DNA from: a virus
Lineage: Duplodnaviria; Caudoviricetes
IMG/VR virus record: IMGVR_UViG_3300029792_000005
Span: 1-31,334 of that record
Length of the DNA stretch: 31,334 nt
Reading direction: 5' to 3' (one strand)
In this document: positions 18,849-27,136 of the stretch, piece by piece
How positions within the stretch are numbered: the stretch's first letter is position 1
Layout of the letters: the number at the start of each line of letters is the position of its first letter
Translations under genes and position numbers: made by a program
The notes under the pieces: generated by a model
What the model was told of the DNA's origin: nothing
Seen by the model: only the letters and a program-made list of their open reading frames with translations
The model's database searches: none

Positions 18849-19259
18849 TTAAGAATTAGTTGATTTTATGATCTGTCCGGTTAAGGTTATAGATCCAGAA
18901 TAAGATACTGGACTTTCCATCTCAGCACTCATTTCAACTGAATCCAGGAAACCCTCAGCTGTATAAACAGCATCTCCAGTTACAGATGTTCCAAATACAC
19001 AAGTGATCTGAGTTCTTGCTAATACAAAATCAGCTAACTCGATAGCATTTTGAGTATCTGAATAATCAACCAATCCATCAAAGGAGATTGTTCCTGAGAT
19101 CACTCCAGCAATATGCTCAGCAAATCCATTTGAATCTTTTGTTGTTGCCTCTGGCAAGTCATTAGATAATGATAATGAGCATGATGTAGTGTGCCCCAAA
19201 GTTGTTCCCTCTATCTTTAACAATAGATTAGTTCCATTAAAAACATTTGTTGTTGGCAT
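18849..19259 (-). CDS. Major tail tube protein (TP901-1-like)
   Basis: NGTNLLL, HTTSCSLS, TTKDSNG, ISFDGL, YSGSITLTG. Confidence 0.88.
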   Translation of the reverse strand: MPTTNVFNGTNLLLKIEGTTLGHTTSCSLSLSNDLPEATTKDSNGFAEHIAGVISGTISFDGLVDYSDTQNAIELADFVLARTQITCVFGTSVTGDAVYTAEGFLDSVEMSAEMESPVSYSGSITLTGQIIKSTNS

Positions 19260-19286
19260 ATCCTAAATTTTATTTATTTAACTTTT

Positions 19287-19294
19287 CAAAGATA
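19287..19294 (-). promoter_or_regulatory. -7 promoter element upstream of tail tube gene
   Basis: TATCTTTG. Confidence 0.65.
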
Positions 19295-19306
19295 CAAAAT
19301 TTTAGA

Positions 19307-19777
19307 TTAAGCATTTTGCCATAATACATCAGCATTTTGCCATAATCCATAATCATTAAAGCTCCAAATATTTCCTTGATTTGGATTAGCAACTAAGAAC
19401 AATTGTTTGATCATAATTTCAGCATCAAATTCAGTTGCAGTTTCAATAGCTCCAGTTTCAGTTGCATCTGATACATTTCCATTTCCAATAAAAACTAATC
19501 CATTTGAGCTTTCAATGAAAAACTCAATGTCAGTTCTTTGCAAAACATAATCAGCCAATTCTGTATAATTTAAAGGATCTCCATATCTAGTTAATCCAGA
19601 AACCGAAAGCTGAGCATTTCTTAATCCAGCAATAACTTCCTGGAAACCATCAGAATCTTTGCTTGTTGATTCTGGCAGATCAGCTCCGATAGTTAAAGAA
19701 ATAGATTTTGAATGGCCAACTACTTGCCCATCTGATTGCCTTTTTAATAGAAAATTTGTTCCATTAACCTTTGCCAT
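19307..19777 (-). CDS. Second tail-tube-like paralog
   Basis: NGTNFLL, GHSKSISL, DLPESTSKDSDGF, ELADYVL align with 18849..19259. Confidence 0.8.
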   Translation of the reverse strand: MAKVNGTNFLLKRQSDGQVVGHSKSISLTIGADLPESTSKDSDGFQEVIAGLRNAQLSVSGLTRYGDPLNYTELADYVLQRTDIEFFIESSNGLVFIGNGNVSDATETGAIETATEFDAEIMIKQLFLVANPNQGNIWSFNDYGLWQNADVLWQNA

Positions 19778-19778
19778 T

Positions 19779-20840
19779 TTATTGAATTAATTGATCAATA
19801 TCAGCTTTAAATTCTGAATCTTTTACCATTTGATATTTGATTCTCATGTAAAATGCTCCTCCAGGAATTGGAGCTCCCTGATTTAAGTTCATTGCTGACT
19901 TCAACAAAATATCTCTATTTTGCAAAGTAACTATTAGATTATTTTTATCATAAAGGAGAGGCCTATTATAAAGATAATTATTTTGATTACCATTGATAAA
20001 ATGAACTTTATAAGGCATGGCAAAAAGTTGGACTGGATTACCTCCTGAATTTAGATTATAAGCAATTGACAACAATGGATCATCCACAGATCCAGCAAAT
20101 CCTCCCCTTTGATTATTGCCCTCTGTATCATAAAAAATAACAACCTGATCAATAATAATTGATCTATATTGTTCAGCTGGAAATAATACAACCGGATTAT
20201 TTTTAAGAGCATTGTTCTGGAATGCTGATCCTTTGATCTTTATATGTTTGTATCTCCAGCTCTCAACCAATTGGCCAGTTTTTCCAAATGCAGTTTCAAA
20301 TTTTGGTTTTTTGTTTTGGCCATCAACACACCATGCATTCCCAGCTCCATAATCAGCCATTCTCACATAATTCTGATTATCTGAAATAAACAATTTTTGA
20401 CTATCAACATTGATCCCTTTTGATTTTATAGATCCATTGACATCCAAAGCCGATTGAGGAGAGTTTGTTCTAATGCCTACTTTTGCTGATGCATGCTTAA
20501 AATTATTGGCCTCTGTATCAGAGTTAAAAGTTGATCCATCAACCATTGTTAATGTTGTTGGAATTTGTAAAGTGTCCAATGTTGATATTCCTGATGTCGC
20601 TTGCAATAATCCACTAACAACAACAGAGGAGGCTTGTATTTGGCCAGTATCAATTCCACCGGCATGAAATGTTGAGGCCTCTATTTCAGCTCCAGCTCCA
20701 GATTTACCAAGTTTCAGAGCTGTATCTTGCCCATCTCCATCCTGGATCCTTGTTCTCCCAGATCCGAGAGCTTGCTCATCATCAGTTTTTAATAATCCTG
20801 AATAAGTATCTTGAATTTTTTGATTTCCTAAAGTTGCCAT
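19779..20840 (-). CDS. Tail fibre/structural protein
   Basis: KIQDTYSGLLK N-terminus and KVGIRTNSPQSALDVNG motif typical of Bacteroidota phage fibres. Confidence 0.6.
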   Translation of the reverse strand: MATLGNQKIQDTYSGLLKTDDEQALGSGRTRIQDGDGQDTALKLGKSGAGAEIEASTFHAGGIDTGQIQASSVVVSGLLQATSGISTLDTLQIPTTLTMVDGSTFNSDTEANNFKHASAKVGIRTNSPQSALDVNGSIKSKGINVDSQKLFISDNQNYVRMADYGAGNAWCVDGQNKKPKFETAFGKTGQLVESWRYKHIKIKGSAFQNNALKNNPVVLFPAEQYRSIIIDQVVIFYDTEGNNQRGGFAGSVDDPLLSIAYNLNSGGNPVQLFAMPYKVHFINGNQNNYLYNRPLLYDKNNLIVTLQNRDILLKSAMNLNQGAPIPGGAFYMRIKYQMVKDSEFKADIDQLIQ

Positions 20841-20843
20841 ATT

Positions 20844-21287
20844 TTATTTTTTAAATATTTTTTCAGCTGATCTCATTCCAAAATAAGATGCATAAGTTGT
20901 TGTCAAGAGTATTTTATAAAGCTCAATCCACTCATTATTGATATTGAATGCTATCTCTAAACTATCAGCCACTATAAACAAAAATAATGATATTGTTAAA
21001 AAGATCAGAGTTAATGGCCTAACAGATTTTGACAATTTATTATCTGATTTCATATCATATCCCCATCTATTTGAGATCTCATTCATTTCTTTCATTTCTT
21101 GATCCAGGATCATTTTTGCTTGCTCCTTATCAACTGGAGGCATCTCCGGATCATTGTCAATTAGATTTTTAACAATTCCTAAAACTCCAGAATCTGGCAT
21201 CAGATCTCCAACTACATTTAAGATCTTTGAGTTTTTGCCAAGCAAAAATTTGCCCAACTTTGTATCTTTAAATTTTTTCTTATCCAT
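20844..21287 (-). CDS. Holin-like membrane protein
   Basis: RW..DM.SD..LSK.VRP, two hydrophobic helices, YFGMRS.EK; adjacent to amidase. Confidence 0.7.
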   Translation of the reverse strand: MDKKKFKDTKLGKFLLGKNSKILNVVGDLMPDSGVLGIVKNLIDNDPEMPPVDKEQAKMILDQEMKEMNEISNRWGYDMKSDNKLSKSVRPLTLIFLTISLFLFIVADSLEIAFNINNEWIELYKILLTTTYASYFGMRSAEKIFKK

Positions 21288-21289
21288 AA

Positions 21290-21727
21290 TTATAAATGTT
21301 GATATTCCTCAGGAACTGAAAAACATGGACATGCTTTTGAACTCCATTCGTTATGGCCTGAGATCCTAGCATCAGGATAAATTCTTTTAAGATCTTTTAA
21401 TAGAGATCTTAGTTGAAACTTTTGCTGATCTGTTCTTGTATCTTTCGGATCTCCATTTTCATCCAGGCCACCAATATAACAGATCCCCAAACTAGATCTA
21501 TTAATTCCTTTTACATGAGCCGGAATTAGATCGACATCTCTCCCTTTCTCAATTGTAGCCCTTTCATTATTTCTAATAACCCAATTATATCCTATTCCTC
21601 TCCAGCCTCTATTTTTGTGCCATCTATCAATGTCCTCAGCTGAGTAATCTTTGCCCTCTTTAGTTGCTGAGCAATGGATAACAATATGTTTAATTTTTCT
21701 TTTGCTTATTTTTTCGTTTGCTGACAT
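21290..21727 (-). CDS. Endolysin, N-acetylmuramoyl-L-alanine amidase (T7 lysozyme-like)
   Basis: IVIHCSAT, IGYN, AHVKG.N, GICYIGG, GHNE, KACPCF. Confidence 0.95.
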   Translation of the reverse strand: MSANEKISKRKIKHIVIHCSATKEGKDYSAEDIDRWHKNRGWRGIGYNWVIRNNERATIEKGRDVDLIPAHVKGINRSSLGICYIGGLDENGDPKDTRTDQQKFQLRSLLKDLKRIYPDARISGHNEWSSKACPCFSVPEEYQHL

Positions 21728-21896
21728 AATACCATTTTCTTTTTCTTTTGGAACAATCCTTAATTATAATTTTCTCTTGACATTCGCATTCTGGATCTTT
21801 GCAGATCTCTACATAATTCATCTTTTTACCAGTTCCCTTTCCAGTTAAAAAATCCCATATCTTTTTAAAAAATCCTAATATCATCATTGTAATCAT
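21690..21896 (-). CDS. Small basic Cys-containing protein
   Basis: 68 aa, amphipathic N-terminus, CKDPECEC. Confidence 0.5.
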   Translation of the reverse strand: MITMMILGFFKKIWDFLTGKGTGKKMNYVEICKDPECECQEKIIIKDCSKRKRKWYYVSKRKNKQKKN

Positions 21897-23002
21897 AATT
21901 TTAAATTAATTCCAGCTTTAATAAATGTTAGATCCTTATCCCAGAATCTTGTTTTTTCTAATTCAGTAAAAATTCCAATGCTGTTGTTTAAATACCATCC
22001 AAAGATCCATCCAGCATTATAATCAATCCATTGATCTGAATCTACAAAAAGCTCATAAGAATAAGCCTCATCTCCATATATATGTTTATGAATTGGATAA
22101 ACAGATCCCCATGCATGGATCCAGAATTTATTATCTCTATAAAAATAATAATCAAATCCAAAAACTCCTGATAATGTGGCCATTGTTCCGATCTTGTTTA
22201 GTTCCTCAGAATTGTAAGAATTAACGATCCTCCAATAATGATTTGCTCTAAAATCTTGATCTGTATCTGCAATCCTTTCTCCATCAGGATTGCTCCACCA
22301 CCAATCAAAATTATCAAGCTGGCCATCATTATCATAATCTATGCCATAAAAATGATCCATGAATCCCCTTTCATAAGCAAGATCCCACCAGGCATTGTTT
22401 TCTAAATAAGAGTTGATCGGTAAAAATCCGAATGGCTTATGAGTTCTAACAACAGATCCAATTGATAATGAAAAACTTTTGCTTTTATTTAAAGGCAATC
22501 GAAATCTCAGATCAGCTGATTGATAATCTAAATTGATCAATCCATTTCTTTGATATTCTAGTTTTAACATCCAATAGTTTGCCATATATCTTAAAAAATA
22601 TTTCTGAGATCTAAACTCTCTCCCTTGTTGTTTTCCTTTACTATATTGAGCAAAATATTCAATCCCATTAACAGCTCCAACATTTGATGAAATTGAATAG
22701 GTTTTTTCAGATCCATCATAATATTTTTTATCCTTATTTTCATAATCCATCCTGGCAATTTTTCTGATCCCAAAATTCAAAGAATAGTCATTTTCAATCT
22801 CTGGAGTTGTATTTATAACATCCCCTCCTTGAGTTACAAAAAAAGTTTCTGGAACAAATAAAGGAGAGCTCTCTGAATAGCTGGAAAATATTGTTGAATA
22901 TTTAAAAATATCCTTGATCCATTTTAATTTTTTAGGCTTCTCTTGAGCCGATAAATTTAAGCTGATTAAAACAGCTGTTATTAGTATTATTAATTTTTTC
23001 AT
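21893..23002 (-). CDS. Signal-peptide protein, candidate outer-membrane beta-barrel (start revised to MKKLIILI)
   Basis: Sec signal ending LSA-QEK, aromatic-rich alternating strands, C-terminal FIKAGINLKL. Confidence 0.6.
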   Translation of the reverse strand: MKKLIILITAVLISLNLSAQEKPKKLKWIKDIFKYSTIFSSYSESSPLFVPETFFVTQGGDVINTTPEIENDYSLNFGIRKIARMDYENKDKKYYDGSEKTYSISSNVGAVNGIEYFAQYSKGKQQGREFRSQKYFLRYMANYWMLKLEYQRNGLINLDYQSADLRFRLPLNKSKSFSLSIGSVVRTHKPFGFLPINSYLENNAWWDLAYERGFMDHFYGIDYDNDGQLDNFDWWWSNPDGERIADTDQDFRANHYWRIVNSYNSEELNKIGTMATLSGVFGFDYYFYRDNKFWIHAWGSVYPIHKHIYGDEAYSYELFVDSDQWIDYNAGWIFGWYLNNSIGIFTELEKTRFWDKDLTFIKAGINLKL

Positions 23003-23015
23003 ATCTATATTTATT

Positions 23016-23351
23016 TTAAAATCTTGATGATAAAAGATCATCTATTTCTTTATTAATTAGATCAACAGCATCCTCTTGCAATCTCAAAGAAATCCCAGCC
23101 TCAATTCTCTTGATCTCTTTACCATTTTGATATAAGATCAAAGTTGGAACAAACTGAATATCCTCCTTGATAAATATTTTTTGATCCTTGATCAGATCAA
23201 AATGATGGGTATTATATGCCTTAAAATTTTTAAGATCTATTTCTCCATCTTTTGCAAACTCTGCTGAATATTGAACAATAGAAATTTTCTCTTTATAGCT
23301 CTGGCTATAAGATGCCAGGCTAAATAGTAATAAAAATATTAATGATCTCAT
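23016..23351 (-). CDS. Exported thioredoxin-fold protein lacking CxxC
   Basis: Signal peptide ending SYS-Q; IVQYSAEF; IQFVPTLILYQNGKEIKR. Confidence 0.7.
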   Translation of the reverse strand: MRSLIFLLLFSLASYSQSYKEKISIVQYSAEFAKDGEIDLKNFKAYNTHHFDLIKDQKIFIKEDIQFVPTLILYQNGKEIKRIEAGISLRLQEDAVDLINKEIDDLLSSRF

Positions 23352-23665
23352 TATCTCACTTTTTGCGAGATTTCATAAAGCCTCTCATCCATCTTATTTA
23401 TATTCTCTTTGATTTCTCCAAGATCTGATTTTATGATCGTAACATCTGCCTCAACTTTTTCAATAACAGATCTTGTTAATTTATCTTTGAAATCTAGCTC
23501 AATTTTAGAAACCTCTGGAGCTGGCAGATGCTTTGCATCCTCTATCTGAGCAGATAAACTAAAATATGTTCCAGCAAGAGATGCTGTAAAACCAATAATG
23601 ATGATGAGAGTTTTTAGATCTAATTGGATCTGGCTGTTTTCTGATATTTTTGTAGGCTTTTCCAT
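23351..23665 (-). CDS. Single-TM coiled-coil protein
   Basis: LIIIIGFTASLAGTYFSL followed by heptad-rich C-terminus. Confidence 0.7.
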   Translation of the reverse strand: MEKPTKISENSQIQLDLKTLIIIIGFTASLAGTYFSLSAQIEDAKHLPAPEVSKIELDFKDKLTRSVIEKVEADVTIIKSDLGEIKENINKMDERLYEISQKVR

Positions 23666-23666
23666 T

Positions 23667-24143
23667 TTAAATTTCCATTGTTTTAAAGTTAATGTCGATT
23701 ATTGATCTGAAATAGTTGCCATCATCAAATTCATTATGCTGATAATTTAAGGCATCTAATTCAATAACATAAGTTTTAAATCCGAAAGCTGTTGTATCTA
23801 AATGGTTTTCTGATCTGGAGATAACTTTCTCTAAAATTTGGCTTGTTAGATCGTTGCAAAGTTTATCTCCTCCTTGCCCTCTTTTAAATTTTGTATGAAC
23901 TTCAAATGTAACAATAACATCTGATCCATAAGCTGTTTGATTTTGCTCTGATCCAGAAACAGAATTTGATCTGATCAATACAAATGGATAATCAGTATCT
24001 CTGTTTACAATATTTGTTACTTTAACATTTTTCTGATTATTATTAGGATCTAAATAAGTCAAAGCAGAATCATAAAGAAAAAAGTTCAAATCATTAAAAA
24101 GCACACTTCTAATATGTTTTGATCTATCTTTCATGATTTCCAA
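23667..24143 (-). CDS. Tail terminator-like protein
   Basis: YPFVLI, VTFEVHT; position after gp10-like gene. Confidence 0.65.
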   Translation of the reverse strand: MEIMKDRSKHIRSVLFNDLNFFLYDSALTYLDPNNNQKNVKVTNIVNRDTDYPFVLIRSNSVSGSEQNQTAYGSDVIVTFEVHTKFKRGQGGDKLCNDLTSQILEKVISRSENHLDTTAFGFKTYVIELDALNYQHNEFDDGNYFRSIIDINFKTMEI

Positions 24144-24592
24144 TCTTTTGTAATTCGTTTTTGTATATTATCAAACAAAACCTTAAAATTTGCTGATGCT
24201 GATGGAAATAGATGAGGCCTTGCTGGCAAATTTATTTTTTTAATTCCTTGTCCTTTAAACTGCAAAGCATAACTCTCCGGAATTCCTAGCTCTTTTAATT
24301 CGCTTAAATCAACAGAATCTCCAGTTCCAAATTCAACAAAGGGAGCATATAGTTTTTTATTGTAAACTCTTGCTGTTTTTTTATCCCTTTCAGCAAAGTA
24401 ATTCTGTGATAATTTACCAGTTTTCTTTGGAGCTCTTGCTGATGCATCTCTAGCTGTTTTTAATGCCCAAGCTCCAAGCTCTGAGGATAAACCATCTTTA
24501 TCAATTAATCTTAGCTTAGCCATGCTCTTTTTTAGCTTAGCCATGTCCGTTGGATCTATTTTGATTAATGCTTTTATTCCTTTACTTATCAT
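24131..24592 (-). CDS. HK97 gp10-like tail completion protein
   Basis: APKKTGKL, YAPFVEFGTG, PARPHLFPS. Confidence 0.88.
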   Translation of the reverse strand: MISKGIKALIKIDPTDMAKLKKSMAKLRLIDKDGLSSELGAWALKTARDASARAPKKTGKLSQNYFAERDKKTARVYNKKLYAPFVEFGTGDSVDLSELKELGIPESYALQFKGQGIKKINLPARPHLFPSASANFKVLFDNIQKRITKDWKS

Positions 24593-24594
24593 AA

Positions 24595-24969
24595 TTAACT
24601 CCTTGCATTTTTAGATCTTAATAAAAATTTCCAATATCCATATTCCTCCATTTGATAAAAACTCATAACATCATATTTAACTCCATTATCCAGAACATAA
24701 CTATCAAAAAAAATCTCCATATTTCCAAAGCTGTTTTCAATCGGATTAAATCTCGTAATAACTTCAACATCTTTAAAAATAGATCTTTTGCCATCCTCCT
24801 CTCTGACATCAGATTTAACCCATTTCCAAATGCTCCAAACACTTAAAATTGAAACTGGCTCCAGATTTGTTGGCTGTAAGCCTCCAACTCCATCTGATGC
24901 TCCAACAGCTGGAGAGAAAAAATCAATGTATTTGTTAAACTTTCCTGGATCTATTCCCTCGTAAATCAT
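24595..24969 (-). CDS. Head closure/head-tail adaptor (SPP1 gp16-like)
   Basis: PGKFNKYIDF, DGVGG, VW, ITRF; position. Confidence 0.65.
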   Translation of the reverse strand: MIYEGIDPGKFNKYIDFFSPAVGASDGVGGLQPTNLEPVSILSVWSIWKWVKSDVREEDGKRSIFKDVEVITRFNPIENSFGNMEIFFDSYVLDNGVKYDVMSFYQMEEYGYWKFLLRSKNARS

Positions 24970-25556
24970 TATATGTAAACATTTTTATGTTTGTTAAAAA
25001 AGCTCATTGAACTGATCGGCAAAATGTTGATCGTTTTACCAGCCATAAAATCAGATCTGTAATCATAAATATTTCCGATCACTTTTAGCAGAGCATGTTT
25101 TAAAGCATCCCCTAATAAATTATTAGATCCACTTACTGGCCAGAGAGCTGTTGTGTATTGTATCAATACATTTTTAAAAAATGGATCTTTAAAAACTATC
25201 ATGTTATTATTAATGCCTTGAATTTCGTACTCTGATGAATCAATCCCTCCTCCTCCAGATCCTTGTGAATAAGTAATTTGAATATTAGTAGCTGATTGAT
25301 CATGATCTAAAGCTACAAATGGCAGATAAACAACTCCATCCTTTGGCAATTCTGGTAAATAATATTGCCTATTCTTGCCTAATATATCCACACTCATGCA
25401 GTTTTCAGCATGATCAACAGCATGATCTCTCATTCTTTCAATCAAAGCATTTTCAAGAGATGTATATTCTGTTAATTTTAGATAATATCTGATTTCATCA
25501 TTTGATAAAATTGCTGATGAATCATGATTTGGAGTTGCTGAATTAGATTGCCTCAT
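24969..25556 (-). CDS. Head-tail connector (HK97 gp6-like)
   Basis: EIRYYLK, AE, LKHALLKVIGNIYDYR. Confidence 0.8.
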   Translation of the reverse strand: MRQSNSATPNHDSSAILSNDEIRYYLKLTEYTSLENALIERMRDHAVDHAENCMSVDILGKNRQYYLPELPKDGVVYLPFVALDHDQSATNIQITYSQGSGGGGIDSSEYEIQGINNNMIVFKDPFFKNVLIQYTTALWPVSGSNNLLGDALKHALLKVIGNIYDYRSDFMAGKTINILPISSMSFFNKHKNVYI

Positions 25557-25771
25557 TGTTTATTTTTTTTTTCGATCTGATCAAATTCTTTTTGATCTAT
25601 AACTCCATCATTGTTTAGATCTGCATCCTTAAAAGATTTTTTCTTTTGGATCTTAGATGCCCATCCTTTGGAACACCATTTTTCTGCAATCTTTTTTTCA
25701 ACCTCATATTCCTCTCCCTCTTTATAGATTTTTTTTGTCGAAATTATCTCAGAATTTATTATGATTTTCAT
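25553..25771 (-). CDS. Small head-associated protein with EF-hand-like loop
   Basis: YKEGEEYEV..KIAEKW..KGWA followed by DLNNDGVIDQKEF. Confidence 0.65.
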   Translation of the reverse strand: MKIIINSEIISTKKIYKEGEEYEVEKKIAEKWCSKGWASKIQKKKSFKDADLNNDGVIDQKEFDQIEKKNKQ

Positions 25772-25794
25772 GATTTAAATTTTTTTGTAAAGAT

Positions 25795-25828
25795 AAAAAA
25801 AAAGAGCCAGATGAAAATCCAGCTCTTT
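25795..25828 (-). terminator. Intrinsic terminator after endonuclease
   Basis: GAGCUGGAU-UUUC-AUCUGGCUC + U9; G-U pairs only work on the minus strand. Confidence 0.85.
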
Positions 25829-25863
25829 AACAACCAATACAAATTAAACCAATTATGAAAAAC

Positions 25864-26241
25864 TCAGTTAATTGATGCAAAGTTATTAAAATTAATTTTA
25901 TACTTTCCTCCAGGAGTAATTTTGACTGATTTCATTTTACCATCATTTTTGATTATGTAGAAACCTCCATGATCAGCGACATATACAACAAAAAAATCAA
26001 CTTGATCAAGATCATAAGGCTTATGCCGATCCAACATCATTTGGATCCCCTTTCTCCCTTTTTGTTTCCAGGCATTTTGTTTTTTAGATTTTACCTGGAT
26101 TTTTACGATCCTTGATCCGGTGTCAACAAGCAAATCATATCTGCATGAATCTAGCAAAGGCTTAGATACAATATATCCCAATTTCATAAATTCGAGAGCA
26201 ACAGCATATTCAGCCATTGATCCCTGAATGTTAGGATCCAT
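25864..26241 (-). CDS. PD-(D/E)XK endonuclease of I-Ssp6803I/PDDEXK_5 type (start revised to MDPNIQG)
   Basis: G..AE......F...GY.VSKP.....RYDLLVD.....KIQVKS...Y....VDFF. Confidence 0.85.
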   Translation of the reverse strand: MDPNIQGSMAEYAVALEFMKLGYIVSKPLLDSCRYDLLVDTGSRIVKIQVKSKKQNAWKQKGRKGIQMMLDRHKPYDLDQVDFFVVYVADHGGFYIIKNDGKMKSVKITPGGKYKINFNNFASIN

Positions 26242-26282
26242 AAAGTTGTTTGTTTGTTGGTTAGTTGAGTATTTACTCAACA

Positions 26283-26290
26283 CAAAATTA
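26283..26290 (-). promoter_or_regulatory. -7 promoter element upstream of endonuclease
   Basis: TAATTTTG. Confidence 0.55.
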
Positions 26291-26294
26291 AGAA

Positions 26295-26500
26295 ATAAAA
26301 AAGAGAGGTTTTATAAACGCAAAAACCTGATCAAAAATCTCTTATTTTGAAAGTTTTAGAAATGTCAACCTCTTGCGAGGAGCTTAGATCTAAAACGAGC
26401 AAAAATCCCAGATAATTGTCAGGTTTAAGATAAATCTGCATGGAGTTGGGAGCTCCACACGAAAAAATTTAAATCCCACTATAAATTCGTTCCCAGATTC
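26295..26500 (-). ncRNA. Candidate structured ncRNA B (~205 nt)
   Basis: TATATTTG at 26505-26512 upstream; hairpins GUGUGGAG(CUCCCAA)CUCCAUGC and CCUC(GCAA)GAGG; 3' stem plus U tract; no track ORF. Confidence 0.5.
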
Positions 26501-26529
26501 CCTACAAATATAATGAATTTATTTTTTAT

Positions 26530-26562
26530 AAAAACAAGAGAGGCCAGTTTGATCTGGCCTCT
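26530..26562 (-). terminator. Intrinsic terminator
   Basis: AGAGGCCAG-6 nt-CTGGCCTCT followed by CTTGTTTTT. Confidence 0.8.
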
Positions 26563-26757
26563 AAATATGATCTAATAAGTACAAAGAACAGATCAAAATA
26601 AAGTTACCATGAGTTAGGATCATTATAATCCTGGATAGCTTTAACTGATCTCGAGATCTTTGGTTGATTGGATCTAAATAGATCCGGAACTCTTAACCTC
26701 TCTCTTTACTGGATCTAGCTTGTAAACAAACTCAATGCAAAGCAATACAGATCCATT
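26530..26757 (-). ncRNA. Candidate structured ncRNA A (~225 nt)
   Basis: TATATTTG at 26762-26769 upstream; 5' hairpin, multibranch domain 26611-26692, 3' terminator; the ORF at its 5' end is only 13 codons. Confidence 0.5.
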
Positions 26758-26769
26758 AATGCAAATATA

Positions 26770-27075
26770 TCATTTTTTCATTTTATTGGTTTCGTAAAGA
26801 TTGCTCATAAATTCATTACAATCAGATCTGTTTTTATCCATACACCAAAACAAAGCTCCAGCCATATCATTATCTTTTAGTATTAGTTCAGGATCAATAT
26901 CCGGATCTCCGATTGATTCATGGCTTAATCTCCCATTGTATTTTACAACTTGATCATCAAATCCAAAAAAGATCATGTTTCTTATAGTGTTTATTTTATA
27001 TGCCTCATCCATAGTTTCAGCATATAAATACCATCCAATAGTTTCGGTTTTATTTTTAATCAATTTTATTTTCAT
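26770..27075 (-). CDS. Hypothetical protein (moron-like, own promoter)
   Basis: 101 aa; TATATTTG at 27098-27105; lies after the capsid terminator. Confidence 0.7.
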   Translation of the reverse strand: MKIKLIKNKTETIGWYLYAETMDEAYKINTIRNMIFFGFDDQVVKYNGRLSHESIGDPDIDPELILKDNDMAGALFWCMDKNRSDCNEFMSNLYETNKMKK

Positions 27076-27136
27076 AACATATATTTAAAAGTTTATTCAA
27101 ATATATATTTGATGTGTGCACTCAGTATGCACATAT

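Noticed and set aside
878-22773. Nested minus-strand ORFs 878..1063, 8747..8944 and 22591..22773
   Set aside because: Out-of-frame overlaps within longer, motif-supported genes
26611-26692. tRNA gene
   Set aside because: Cloverleaf-like but lacks TTC T-loop, D-loop GG, 7-nt anticodon loop and 7-bp acceptor stem
25864-26770. Group I intron around the endonuclease
   Set aside because: No recognisable P7/R-S core and no interrupted gene; internal promoters and terminators argue against it
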